Source: Burkholderiales bacterium
Lineage (GTDB): Bacteria > Pseudomonadota > Gammaproteobacteria > Burkholderiales > SG8-39
Reading direction: 5' to 3'
Length of the DNA stretch: 64,000 bases
Assembly (NCBI GenBank): GCA_049802235.1
Contig: JBARMB010000050.1
Span: 23,577 to 87,576 of the forward strand
Part shown: one piece after another, positions 33,159 through 42,310 of the stretch
Numbering within the stretch: the stretch's first letter is position 1
How the letters are laid out: each line of letters opens with the position of its first letter
The notes under the pieces: model-generated
Database searches by the model: none
What the model saw: only the letters and a program-made list of their open reading frames with translations
What the model was told of the DNA's origin: nothing
Made by a program: the position numbers and the translations under genes

Positions 33159-33341
33159 ATGACAAGACTCATCGCGGTTCTGATTGCAGGCATTTTCTCG
33201 CTTTCCACCGGCCTCGCGTTCGCCGCCGACAAGCCGGCGGAGAAAAAAGACGAAGTGAAGAAGGAAGTGAAGAAAGACACGAAGAAGGTATCCAAGAAAA
33301 AGGCCGCCAAGAAAAAAATGGAGAAGGAAGACAAGAAGTAA
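33159..33341 (+). CDS. Small secreted Lys/Glu-rich protein (60 aa), paralog of 12903-13094
   Basis: MTRLIAVLIAGIFSLSTGLAFA signal, then ADKPAEKKDEVKKEVKKDTKKVSKKKAAKKKMEKEDKK (18 Lys in 38 mature residues). AGAGGGG RBS. Terminator follows immediately. Confidence 0.65.
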   Translation: MTRLIAVLIAGIFSLSTGLAFAADKPAEKKDEVKKEVKKDTKKVSKKKAAKKKMEKEDKK

Positions 33342-33362
33342 GCTTCCCGATTCACGAAAAAA

Positions 33363-33387
33363 GGCAGGGAGTGCCCTGCCTTTTTTT
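33363..33387 (+). terminator. Intrinsic terminator of the small Lys/Glu-rich protein gene
   Basis: GGCAGGG-AGTG-CCCTGCC followed by seven T, with an A-run upstream. Confidence 0.7.
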
Positions 33388-33453
33388 ATTGGTGCGCGGC
33401 GTGCAGCCTCCCATTCCCCGGCAGACACCGCAGCCGACCGCAATATTCCCGGA

Positions 33454-33939
33454 TCAGGCGAGCGCCGCGTTGAAACGCCGGCGGATGGTCTCGATGCGCT
33501 CGCGATTGACACCGAAGTCCCGGATCCCGAGCCGCGAGGCCGAGCGCACGTGGATGACGCCGGCGTTTTCGTCGACATAGAACTCGACATCGTCGACGTA
33601 ACCCATGAGCCTGCTCGAGAACTCGGCATAGAGATAGTTGGGCGCTTCATTGACGATCTTCACCCGCTCCATGTCTTTCAGCGCCGCTTTCAGCGCCGCC
33701 CGCCCGCTGGCTGGAGAGCCGCTGAACCGGAGCGGCTCGATGTAGTGGCCGGGATCGGTCGCCCTGTCTGCCTGGCTGCTGACGCAGTTGGGCGTGCGCT
33801 TGGACGGCGCGAGCCTGCCGTCTGTCACGCCGAGGTTGTCGGGCCGCGTGCCACTGAACAGTCCCACCTGCCCTCCGATCAAAAGCAGCGCCGCGAGCGC
33901 GGCGGCGATCGCCGCCGCGGAACGCAGCACCTTTTTCAC
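33454..33939 (-). CDS. DUF1499 domain-containing protein
   Basis: 161 aa with an N-terminal TM or signal and PNCVSSQA...NYLYAEFSSRLMGYVDDVEFY...IHVRSASRLGIRDFGVNRERIE. GTG start overlaps the thioredoxin stop (GTGA). Confidence 0.8.
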   Translation of the reverse strand: MKKVLRSAAAIAAALAALLLIGGQVGLFSGTRPDNLGVTDGRLAPSKRTPNCVSSQADRATDPGHYIEPLRFSGSPASGRAALKAALKDMERVKIVNEAPNYLYAEFSSRLMGYVDDVEFYVDENAGVIHVRSASRLGIRDFGVNRERIETIRRRFNAALA

Positions 33940-34316
33940 GATTCCGGCTTATCCTCGCTACCCTGCTCGGCGATCTCCTTGTGCACGGCCGCCATGTCGA
34001 GTTCCTTGCCCTTGGCGATGACTTGCTCGAGTCCCGAAGCCGGAATCGCACCAGCCTCGGCGTAGAGGATCACCTGCTCGCGGAAGAACATGAGCGTCGG
34101 AATCGAACGGATGTTGAACGCCGCCGCCAGCTCCTGCTCCTCTTCCGTGTTCACCTTGGCGAAAACCACGTCACCGTGCTGTTCCGAAGCCGCCTCGAAC
34201 GTCGGCGCAAACGCCTTGCAAGGCGCGCACCACGGTGCCCAGAAGTCGACGAGTACCATGTCGTTGCCGGTCACCACCTGTTCGAAATTGTCCTTTGTCA
34301 GCGCGACGGTCGCCAT
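33936..34316 (-). CDS. Thioredoxin with a WCAPC active site and a C-terminal extension
   Basis: ATG 34316, MATVALTKDNFEQVV...VLVDFWAPWCAPCKAFAP. 126 aa with an acidic tail beyond the Trx fold. Confidence 0.9.
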   Translation of the reverse strand: MATVALTKDNFEQVVTGNDMVLVDFWAPWCAPCKAFAPTFEAASEQHGDVVFAKVNTEEEQELAAAFNIRSIPTLMFFREQVILYAEAGAIPASGLEQVIAKGKELDMAAVHKEIAEQGSEDKPES

Positions 34317-34462
34317 CACGGGCCTCAGCAGTTTATCGAGGACCGAGTATAGCAAAGACACCATCGGCCGCAGCTTCGCTGCAACTTCACGCGCGGCCCG
34401 GTACTGCGCTCGAGAAATCCAGTCCGCCCGCGACGGCTGATATGATTTCAGGTACAAAATTC

Positions 34463-35377
34463 ATGCATGACTCCATGAGCCCGTACCGCGGGCGCTTCGC
34501 GCCATCGCCCACCGGCCCGCTGCATTTCGGCTCGCTGATTGCCGCAGTCGGCAGCTATCTCGATGCGCGCTCGCGCAGCGGCAGCTGGCTGGTGCGCATG
34601 GAAGACCTCGACCAGCCGCGCGCGGCGCCCGGCGCCGCCGATGCGATCCTCTCCGCACTCGAAGCCTACGGCTTCGAGTGGGACGGAGAGATCATCCATC
34701 AGAGCCGCCGCGACGGCGCATACGCAGATGCGCTGGTGCGCCTCGATCGCATGAAGGCCGTGTTCCCCTGCGCCTGCACGCGAAAGGAGATCGCCGACTC
34801 CGCATTATCGCTGCAAGGCGAGCCCGTCTATCCCGGCACCTGCCGCAACGGTTTACCCCCCGGGCGCGCGGGACGCGCCGTGCGCGTGCGCGTCGATGAC
34901 GCAGTCATAGGATTCGACGACCGTTTGCAGGGACGCGTCGAACAGAACCTCGCCGCCGAAATCGGCGACTTCATGGTCCGCCGCGCCGACGGGCTGTTCG
35001 CTTATCAGCTCGCGGTCGTCGTGGATGATGCCGAGCAGGGCATTACCGATGTGGTGCGCGGCGCCGACCTGCTCGCCTCCACGCCGCGGCAAATTCTACT
35101 GCAACGCCTGCTTGGCTACCCGATTCCGCGATATCTGCACCTGCCGGTCGCGGTCAATGCTCGCGGCGAAAAGCTCTCGAAGCAGACGCTCGCCACGGCG
35201 CTCGACCCCGGTGCTGCGGTCCCGACTCTGCTGCAGACGCTGTCGTTTCTGAACCAGCAGCCGCCGGCCGCGCTCGCGCTCGGCACCCTGCGGGAAGTAT
35301 GGCGCTGGGCGATTGCCCACTGGGACAGCGGGAAAGCTCCCCGCGAGACGGCGTTGCCGGTGCCCAACGGGGTTTAG
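34463..35377 (+). CDS. gluQ: Glutamyl-Q tRNA(Asp) synthetase
   Basis: YRGRFAPSPTGPLHFGSL (HIGH region), a truncated GluRS catalytic domain with no anticodon-binding domain, and KLSKQ. Start is ATG 34463 or 34475. Confidence 0.9.
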   Translation: MHDSMSPYRGRFAPSPTGPLHFGSLIAAVGSYLDARSRSGSWLVRMEDLDQPRAAPGAADAILSALEAYGFEWDGEIIHQSRRDGAYADALVRLDRMKAVFPCACTRKEIADSALSLQGEPVYPGTCRNGLPPGRAGRAVRVRVDDAVIGFDDRLQGRVEQNLAAEIGDFMVRRADGLFAYQLAVVVDDAEQGITDVVRGADLLASTPRQILLQRLLGYPIPRYLHLPVAVNARGEKLSKQTLATALDPGAAVPTLLQTLSFLNQQPPAALALGTLREVWRWAIAHWDSGKAPRETALPVPNGV

Positions 35378-35488
35378 GGAAGGTCTGAAGAAATACGGGT
35401 TGCGCCGCGAGGCAGGCGAACCCGCAGCGGGAGGCGGCGCGCCGCCGACCGCGGTCTGCATGCGCGCATTTACATTGTGCGGCCAAAT

Positions 35489-35926
35489 TCATTCTGCAAG
35501 CAGCGGCTGAAGCGCCGCGCGCAGCTCCGGCGGCAGCGATGCCGGGCGACCGGACAAGCGCTCGACGTAGACATGAACGAAGTGTCCCTGCGCCGCCGCC
35601 TGCGGCTCGTCGTTGCGGAAGATGCCGACCTCGTAGCGCACGCTGCTGCGGCCGAGCGCCGCCACCCTCAGACCCGCGTGCACCGTATCGGGGAACGCAA
35701 TCGCGCTGAAGTAGTGGCACTGAGTTTCCACGACCAGGCCGATCACGGGGCTCTTTTCTATATCGAGAACGCCCTTCTCGATCAGATACCGGTTCACGAC
35801 GGTATCGAAGTACGAATAATAGACAACGTTGTTGACGTGGCTGTACGGGTCGTTATCCATCCAGCGCGTGGTAATGGCGAGGAAGTGCCTGTAGCGGTCG
35901 CGCGTTTCGGGTGCAGGTCTGGACAT
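35489..35926 (-). CDS. 4HBT (hotdog-fold) acyl-CoA thioesterase
   Basis: 145 aa from ATG 35926, TRWMDNDPYSHVNNVVYYSYFDTVVNRYL, a typical YbgC/4HBT N-terminus. Confidence 0.85.
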   Translation of the reverse strand: MSRPAPETRDRYRHFLAITTRWMDNDPYSHVNNVVYYSYFDTVVNRYLIEKGVLDIEKSPVIGLVVETQCHYFSAIAFPDTVHAGLRVAALGRSSVRYEVGIFRNDEPQAAAQGHFVHVYVERLSGRPASLPPELRAALQPLLAE

Positions 35927-36072
35927 GATCCTTGGAATATTCTTGCGACGGGGGGCGCGGAGAATCATAACCGTTTTTCTCCGTAGCTCCGGTGCTGATG
36001 CGCCGTGGTCGATCGGCAACGAGTGGATGCTCAAAGCCGCAGCATCCGCGATTATGCAAAGGTTTGGCAGCC

Positions 36073-36978
36073 CTACGTTCGAGCCGTCACCAGCGCGACG
36101 CCGATGATCGCCAAACCCATACCGAGCATGGCCGTGCCCGTAAGCGTTTCATGGAAGAGGAAATAGGCTTCGATCGCGGTCGCAGGCGGCACCAGGTAGA
36201 ACAGACTCGCCACCTTGGTCGCGGCGCCGCGCCGGATGATCAGGGTCAGCAGCGAAATCGCGACAATCGAGAGCACGATGATCAGCCACGCCATCGCCAT
36301 GATCAGCTCGACGCTCCAGTCAATGCGCCGGGTCTCGAAGGCGAGCGCAAACGGCAGCAGCGCCAGCGCTGCTGCCACGAACTGGATGACCGAGCCCGAG
36401 CGCAGATCGAAGCGGCCGCAGAAACACTTCTGATAAACAGTGCCGACGGTGATCGAAACCAGCGCCAGCAGCGCCATGGCGACGCTGAATGGCGACATCC
36501 CGTCGAGCGTGATCTTGTTGCCGAGCACCAGCCCCACCCCGCCGAGGCCGAGCAGCAGCCCGGACCATTGCCTTGTCGTGACGCGCTCTCCCAGCAGCGG
36601 CGCAGCGGCGAACGCGGTGAGAATCGGCTGCACACCGACGATCAGGGCGGCAAGGCCGGCCGACATGCCGGCGTGGATCGACGCGAACACGCCGCCGAGA
36701 TAGCCGCCGTGCAGGAGCACGCCCGACACGGCGATATGAACGATCTGGCGCGGCTCGGCAGGCCATGGAGCGCGCCAGGCCAACGTCACCGGCAGCATCA
36801 GCGCCACCACCAGCACGAAACGCACACTGAGGAAAGTCATCGGCTCGATATGGGGGAGGCCAAGCTTGGCGGCGACGAAGCCGGTGCTCCAGAAAAATAC
36901 GAACAGCAGCGGCATTGACCGTATCCAAAGTCCCTCACCCGGCCGAACCACCGTCTTTCCTGCCTCGAAATTGCTCAT
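36073..36978 (-). CDS. EamA/DMT-family transporter
   Basis: About 300 aa with 10 predicted TM and two EamA repeats. ATG 36978 is preferred because the track start at 36993 is TTG inside the AT-rich spacer. Confidence 0.85.
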   Translation of the reverse strand: MSNFEAGKTVVRPGEGLWIRSMPLLFVFFWSTGFVAAKLGLPHIEPMTFLSVRFVLVVALMLPVTLAWRAPWPAEPRQIVHIAVSGVLLHGGYLGGVFASIHAGMSAGLAALIVGVQPILTAFAAAPLLGERVTTRQWSGLLLGLGGVGLVLGNKITLDGMSPFSVAMALLALVSITVGTVYQKCFCGRFDLRSGSVIQFVAAALALLPFALAFETRRIDWSVELIMAMAWLIIVLSIVAISLLTLIIRRGAATKVASLFYLVPPATAIEAYFLFHETLTGTAMLGMGLAIIGVALVTART

Positions 36979-37142
36979 TTTTAAATTTAACAAATTAAAA
37001 CAATATGATGACTGTTAGCGCACGCTCGCTTTTTCCAACGGACGACATATATGGGAAAAATTGAGTTAATACAATAACCTAATGTTTTATCTGTTATTTT
37101 ATAAAAATTCTGAACTGTGATGTTGCAATGCAAAAATTATTC

Positions 37143-37170
37143 TTGACAGCGATTGTTTTCACTGTAGAAT
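37143..37170 (+). promoter_or_regulatory. Near-consensus sigma-70 promoter of the phasin gene
   Basis: TTGACA (37143-37148), 16-nt spacer, TAGAAT (37165-37170), about 100 nt upstream of ATG 37272 within an AT-rich gap of about 280 bp. Confidence 0.5.
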
Positions 37171-37271
37171 TACAAATGGTGCAGTGCAATAATATTAAGT
37201 AACTGGTGTTTCAGCGCAGTGCCGGGGTTACAGGTTCAGATTCTTAAACGCGGTTTCGATTGGAGATAATC

Positions 37272-37811
37272 ATGTACGTCACACCCGAACAAATCGCCGC
37301 AACCAACAAGGCCGGCGTCGAGGCCATCGTCGGCTTCGCCAATTCGCAATTTGCCGTATTCGAGCGGCTGTCTGCGCTGAACCTCAACGCAACCCGGGCC
37401 GCATTCGAGGACAGCATCAACCACACCAAAGCGCTGCTGAGCGCAAAGGATTTCCAGGAAGCCGCGAACCTGAACGCAGCGGCTGCGCAGCCCGCCCTGG
37501 AAAAAGCCGTAGCGTATTCGCGCAATGTGTACGAAGTCGCGACGCAGACGCACGGCGAACTGGCCAAATTCGCCGAAGCGCAAGCGGTGGAGTTTAACAA
37601 GAGCATGGCCGGCGTTCTCGACAAGTTCTCGAAGAACGCGCCTGCCGGCTCCGATGTCGCCGTCGCCGCCGTGAAGTCCGCGCTCGCCGCGGCCAACTCG
37701 GCCTACGACAGCTTCACCAAGGTTGCCAAGCAGGCGACTGAAATCGCCGAAGCGAATTTCTCCGCCGCGACCTCGGCCGCCAAGGAAGCCACCAAGAAAC
37801 GCGCCGCTTGA
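37272..37811 (+). CDS. phaP: Phasin (PHA granule-associated protein)
   Basis: 179 aa, Ala-rich amphipathic helices, MYVTPEQIAATNKAGVEAIVGFANSQFAVFERLSALNLNATRAAFEDS typical of the betaproteobacterial PhaP family. GGAGA RBS. Confidence 0.9.
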   Translation: MYVTPEQIAATNKAGVEAIVGFANSQFAVFERLSALNLNATRAAFEDSINHTKALLSAKDFQEAANLNAAAAQPALEKAVAYSRNVYEVATQTHGELAKFAEAQAVEFNKSMAGVLDKFSKNAPAGSDVAVAAVKSALAAANSAYDSFTKVAKQATEIAEANFSAATSAAKEATKKRAA

Positions 37812-37874
37812 TCTGAAGCAGGCAGGTTTCGCGCCCCCAGTCCTCCTCCCTCCTCCTCTCTGGGGGCGCCCTAA

Positions 37875-37905
37875 AGCCCCGGCGAAAGCCGGGGCTTTTT
37901 GTTTT
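37875..37905 (+). terminator. Intrinsic terminator after the phasin gene
   Basis: AGCCCCGGC-GAAA-GCCGGGGCT followed by TTTTGTTTT. Confidence 0.75.
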
Positions 37906-37922
37906 CAACGCGGCCCGACTGT

Positions 37923-39797
37923 TCAGGCCGCACGCCTTCCCCCTGTGGCGTGGACTGCAATGACTCTCGGCGAGGGCTGCTCGCTGTACAGGTCCTCCAC
38001 GAGGTCTGCGCGATGCTTCAGGACGGCGCGCTGGTTGATCGAGCCCTTGTCGGTGATCTCGTGCGCGTCGATCGACGGCGGCATCTCGAGCAGCAGCGCG
38101 CGTGCGATCCGGTTCGAGCTGCCGGTGCTGCCCGCGGCCATGCACTCGAGCAGCTCATGGAACCGCGCCCGGACCGACCGGTGACCCAGAATATCGGCTA
38201 CCGTCGCGCCCGCAGGCAGCTCGCGGCAAAGCTCGCGGCAGGCCGCGAGGTTGGGGAAAATCATCACCGCAATGTCGTCGCGGTCGTGCCCGGCGATCAC
38301 CACGTCCTGAATGCAGGGAGCGCCATCCAGGATCACCTTCGCCCTGAGTGCGCCCACGCTTACCCAGGTGCCGGTGGACAGCTTGAAGTCCTCGGCGATG
38401 CGGCCATCGAACAGAAGGCCTTTGAGCGGATCGTCCGCATCGACCCACTTGGCCGCGTCGCCCATGCAGTAGTAGCCCTCTTCGTCGAAGGCGGAGCGCG
38501 TGAGCGCCTCGTCGCGCCAGTAGCCCGGCGTGACGTTCGGCCCGCGGACGCGGATCTCCGTTTTTTCTCCGTTGGGAACCAGTTTCACTTCGAGACCCGG
38601 CGCCGGAAGCCCGATCACGCCCGAGCGCCCGCCGGCGTCCCAGTTTCCGCACAGAGCGAAGGGGGCCGTTTCGGTGGAGCCGAGGCCGGTGACCAGCGGA
38701 ATGCGCTCGCCGCATGTCTCAACCGCCAGCTGCTCGAGCGCATCCCACACGTGCTGCGACATGGCGGCGCCGGCGTAGAGCAGCATGGAAAGCCGGCTGA
38801 AGAACTTTTGCCGCAGCGCCGGCTCGCGGCGGAAATACGGGATGATCTCCTCGTAGCCCTTCGGCACGTTGAAATAAAAAGTGGGCGCGATTTCCCTCAG
38901 GTTCCGGATGGTCTTTTCGATCCCGCCCGGAATCGGCTTGCCGTCATCGATGTAGAGCGAGCCGCCGTTGTAGATGGCCATGCCGAAGTTATGGTTCCCG
39001 CCCGCGGTGTGATGCCACGGCGACCAGTCCAGCAGCACCGGCGGCGTGTCTCCCAGGAATGCCAGCGTCTGCAGGATCATCTGCTGATTGCAGCAGAGCA
39101 TTCGCTGCGTGTTGATCACACCCTTGGGGTACGCCGTGGACCCTGAGGTGAAAAGAATCTTCGCCACGGTGTCCGGTCCGACGCGCTCGTATGCGCGTTC
39201 GACCGCCCCGGTGGCGGTCGCGCCTTCGAGTTCCCCGAACTGCGTTGCCCGCCGGCCCTTCGGCGCACGATCGCTCACCACCAGCTCGGTGTCCGGCGGC
39301 ACCGCGGCCGCAATCGCGCGGCCGTATTCGACGCCGTCGGCGGCGAACACGAGCCCCGGCTTGAGCAATCCCAGGATGTGCCGCAGCCGGGCGAAATCGG
39401 AGGACACGAGCGAATATGCCGGCGACACCGGCGCATAGAGAACGCCCACATGCATCGCGGCATTCGCGAGCAGCGCGTGCTCGATGTCGTTCCCGGAGAG
39501 AATCACGACCGGGCGATCCGCCGACAATCCCCGGTTCAGCAGCGCCTGCCCGATCGAGCGCACGAGCCTCAACGTCTGCGCGTAATCCAGTTCCCGCCAG
39601 CGATCGTTGTGGTCGCGGCCGGCGATGTAGATGCGCCCGGGAGACTCGCGCGCCCAGTGCGCGAGGCGCTCGGTCAGAGTCCTTGGATAGGCGCCGAGCG
39701 GATACGGCGAGCGGAGATAGGCGATCCCGCCGGAAGTCTTGGAAACGGTCGCCCCGATCGGTCCGAAATGAACCTGCCGGAATGGAGCGATCGCCAT
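37923..39797 (-). CDS. AMP-dependent acyl-CoA synthetase, feruloyl-CoA synthase-like subfamily
   Basis: 624 aa with the AMP-binding motif ILFTSGSTAYPKGV and later GDAAKWVD and DGRIAEDFKL. The N-terminus resembles proteins usually annotated feruloyl-CoA synthase. The substrate is not determinable from sequence. Confidence 0.85.
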   Translation of the reverse strand: MAIAPFRQVHFGPIGATVSKTSGGIAYLRSPYPLGAYPRTLTERLAHWARESPGRIYIAGRDHNDRWRELDYAQTLRLVRSIGQALLNRGLSADRPVVILSGNDIEHALLANAAMHVGVLYAPVSPAYSLVSSDFARLRHILGLLKPGLVFAADGVEYGRAIAAAVPPDTELVVSDRAPKGRRATQFGELEGATATGAVERAYERVGPDTVAKILFTSGSTAYPKGVINTQRMLCCNQQMILQTLAFLGDTPPVLLDWSPWHHTAGGNHNFGMAIYNGGSLYIDDGKPIPGGIEKTIRNLREIAPTFYFNVPKGYEEIIPYFRREPALRQKFFSRLSMLLYAGAAMSQHVWDALEQLAVETCGERIPLVTGLGSTETAPFALCGNWDAGGRSGVIGLPAPGLEVKLVPNGEKTEIRVRGPNVTPGYWRDEALTRSAFDEEGYYCMGDAAKWVDADDPLKGLLFDGRIAEDFKLSTGTWVSVGALRAKVILDGAPCIQDVVIAGHDRDDIAVMIFPNLAACRELCRELPAGATVADILGHRSVRARFHELLECMAAGSTGSSNRIARALLLEMPPSIDAHEITDKGSINQRAVLKHRADLVEDLYSEQPSPRVIAVHATGGRRAA

Positions 39798-40636
39798 CAG
39801 CTCTTCCTCACTTTGGGAGCGCGCTTGTCGAGGAAGTTCTGCATCCGCCGCTTCGCTTCGGGATCGGCTTGGGCGACGCCCGAGATCAGCGCTTCCATGA
39901 ACATGCCGTGGTCCTGCCCGGCCTCCGCGATCCGCGGCAGCGCGTGCATGACCGCGAAATTGGTCAGCGGCGCGTTCTTCGCGATCGCCCTTGCCAGCTC
40001 GATGCCCTTCTTCAGGCCCTCTCCGGGCGCCGTCAGGTAATGGGAGAGCCCGATCTTCTGGCCTTCTTCGGCGGAATAGACGCGCCCTGTCAGCATCATG
40101 TCGGTCATCCGCGACGCGCCGATGATCCGCGGCACGCGCACCGACCCGCCGCCGCCGACGAAGATTCCCCGCTGGCCTTCGGGAAGCGCGTAAAACGCCG
40201 AGGTCTCGGCTACTCGAACGTGCGCGGCGCAGGCGAGTTCGAGCCCGCCCCCGACCACCGCACCGTGCAGCACGGCGACGACCGGCACCGAGCCGAACTG
40301 AATCCGGTCGAAAGCGCGGTGGCCCATGATCGAGTGCGCCATGCCCTGCGCGGCGGTGAGCTGCTTCAGCTCGGACAGATCGAGGCCGGCGCAGAAATGC
40401 TCGCCTTCGCCATACAACACGGCGGCGCGGACGTCTGCGGGAACACTCGAGAAGTAATTTTCCATGCCGGAGAAAAGCACATCGTTCAGGGCGTTGCGCT
40501 TGGCCGGACGGTCCAGACGCACCAGCGCGATGTCGCCGTCGCGCTCGACGCGCAACGATCCCTGCGCCGGGTTCGCCGATCCGCCGCTCGATCTCGGGCC
40601 TCGCATGTCCACGCCTCCACGAAGGTTTTTCTTCAT
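39797..40636 (-). CDS. Enoyl-CoA hydratase/isomerase (crotonase) family protein
   Basis: LDRPAKRNAL...FCAGLDLSE...AVLHGAVVGGGLELA oxyanion-hole motifs. Its stop overlaps the synthetase ATG. ATG 40606 is an alternative start. Confidence 0.9.
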   Translation of the reverse strand: MKKNLRGGVDMRGPRSSGGSANPAQGSLRVERDGDIALVRLDRPAKRNALNDVLFSGMENYFSSVPADVRAAVLYGEGEHFCAGLDLSELKQLTAAQGMAHSIMGHRAFDRIQFGSVPVVAVLHGAVVGGGLELACAAHVRVAETSAFYALPEGQRGIFVGGGGSVRVPRIIGASRMTDMMLTGRVYSAEEGQKIGLSHYLTAPGEGLKKGIELARAIAKNAPLTNFAVMHALPRIAEAGQDHGMFMEALISGVAQADPEAKRRMQNFLDKRAPKVRKS

Positions 40637-40683
40637 TTATAACGCATAACTATTACACGTTCCCGGCGCCGCGCGCCTCACCC

Positions 40684-41433
40684 CTATGCAGCGGGTTCCC
40701 AGTTTCCGCCGAGCGCGGTTACGCCCTGCTTCATCCGCTCGATCGCCGGCGCCACTTCTCCGGGCGCTCCGCGCACGCCGAGCTCGATGTGGCGGCGCAC
40801 GCCTTTCTCGCCCAGGCTGGGCAGGCTGAACGACTTCAGCCCGCGGTAGCGCGACTCGATCTCCAGCATGAGCGGCGTGACGGTGGATTCGGGCAGGTCG
40901 TAGACCATGATCGAGGCTTCCGCCTCCGGCGTGCGATGGAACAGATGCGGATAGCGCCGGTCGAGCACCCACTCGACCATGGGCCAGGCCATCACCGGAA
41001 AGCCCGGGACGAAGTGATGATCGCCGAGGGAGAACCCGGGGATGCGGTTGTAGGGATTGGGAATGATGCTCGATCCGAGGGGAAATTCGCCCATCTTGAG
41101 GCGCTGCGGCGTGATTTCCATGTCGGTGCGCGAGCGAATCGCGGCCTCCGCCTCCGGATGCAGCGCCAGCTCCACGCCCGCCGCGGCCGCCGCGCACTGG
41201 CGCGTGTGGTCGTCGGGCGTCGCGCCGATGCCGCCGAAGCTGAAGACGATGTCGCCGGATGCCAGCGTGCGCCTGAGCGTTGCGGTGATGAGTTCGGGCC
41301 TGTCGCCGAGGTATTGGCACCAGTCGAGCCTCAGGCCGCGCGCGGCGAGGATCTCCACCGCCTTGGCGAAGTGCTTGTCCTGGCGTTTGCCGCGGACGAT
41401 CTCGTCGCCGATGATGATGACGCCGAAGTTCAC
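40684..41433 (-). CDS. CinA-like molybdopterin-binding (MoCF_biosynth) domain protein
   Basis: GTG 41433, NFGVIIIGDEIVRGKRQDKH...FSFGGIGATPDDHT. The longer track ORF is a non-homologous upstream extension overlapping the next gene. Confidence 0.8.
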   Translation of the reverse strand: MNFGVIIIGDEIVRGKRQDKHFAKAVEILAARGLRLDWCQYLGDRPELITATLRRTLASGDIVFSFGGIGATPDDHTRQCAAAAAGVELALHPEAEAAIRSRTDMEITPQRLKMGEFPLGSSIIPNPYNRIPGFSLGDHHFVPGFPVMAWPMVEWVLDRRYPHLFHRTPEAEASIMVYDLPESTVTPLMLEIESRYRGLKSFSLPSLGEKGVRRHIELGVRGAPGEVAPAIERMKQGVTALGGNWEPAA

Positions 41434-41434
41434 G

Positions 41435-42265
41435 TCACGCCCGCGTCGCCGCGCCTTCGATCGGCTCGCTGCGCAGCTCGCGCAGCCGCTCGAGGCCGTA
41501 GTGGATGAATGCCAGCCCGCCGTATACCGGCATGAAAAGCCCCAGAAGCGGAATGTGGCCGATGAGCGCGAGCGCCACGCCAAGCAGGAACAGCTCGCCG
41601 CGGTGGCGACGGACGATTTCATCGATTTCCGCGGCGCTTCCATGCTCGGCGAGCGCATCGTAGCGAAACACGCGCTGGTTGAAATAGCCGAGCAGCAGTA
41701 GCGGAAGCAGCGGCCACAGCAGCGGGATGAGCCAGAGCGGCAGCGTCACCGCCGCCAGCGCGAGAAACAGAACGAGCGCGACCGCCGCGTTCCAGACACC
41801 ACCCGCCAGCGTGCCGCCTTCCCTGCGGGCGAGCCCGGGATAATCGCGCTCCCCGACATGCACCGCCATCGCCGGCATCGACACCAGGCCGATGATGAGC
41901 ACCGCGGTAATCAGCACCAGCGGCACGAACAGCAACAGCAGCAACACCCAGCCGAGCCAGGCGGCGATCAGCGTGAAGGGCCAGATCGTGATCGTCCATT
42001 CAACCAGCGCCGACTGGTGCAGCTGCACATCGATCCAGCTTGCCGCCTGGCCCCAGTACAGCAGCGCGAGCGTGATCCAGACGACGAGCGCGACGATCAC
42101 CGGCCAGATCATCAGCCAGAACATCTTCGGGTGCAGCAGGCTCACGAGCGCCTTTACCAGTGCCCCAAGAATTCTTTCCACTAGCAATCCCCCGAAACGC
42201 CCCGCGAGATGAGCGGCTGCGGCAGCCGCTGCCATACACGCCCTACCGCAAATCAGCCGCTCCAT
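41435..42265 (-). CDS. Polytopic membrane protein, EI24/CysZ-like (family call tentative)
   Basis: About 270 aa with 5-6 long hydrophobic helices. Its stop is 1 nt from the downstream GTG start. ATG 42235 is an alternative start. Confidence 0.65.
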   Translation of the reverse strand: MERLICGRACMAAAAAAAHLAGRFGGLLVERILGALVKALVSLLHPKMFWLMIWPVIVALVVWITLALLYWGQAASWIDVQLHQSALVEWTITIWPFTLIAAWLGWVLLLLLFVPLVLITAVLIIGLVSMPAMAVHVGERDYPGLARREGGTLAGGVWNAAVALVLFLALAAVTLPLWLIPLLWPLLPLLLLGYFNQRVFRYDALAEHGSAAEIDEIVRRHRGELFLLGVALALIGHIPLLGLFMPVYGGLAFIHYGLERLRELRSEPIEGAATRA

Positions 42266-42310
42266 CTCGCGGAGTTAAACCGGCGCGAAGCGCAAGCTTC
42301 GCGTCCAGCA

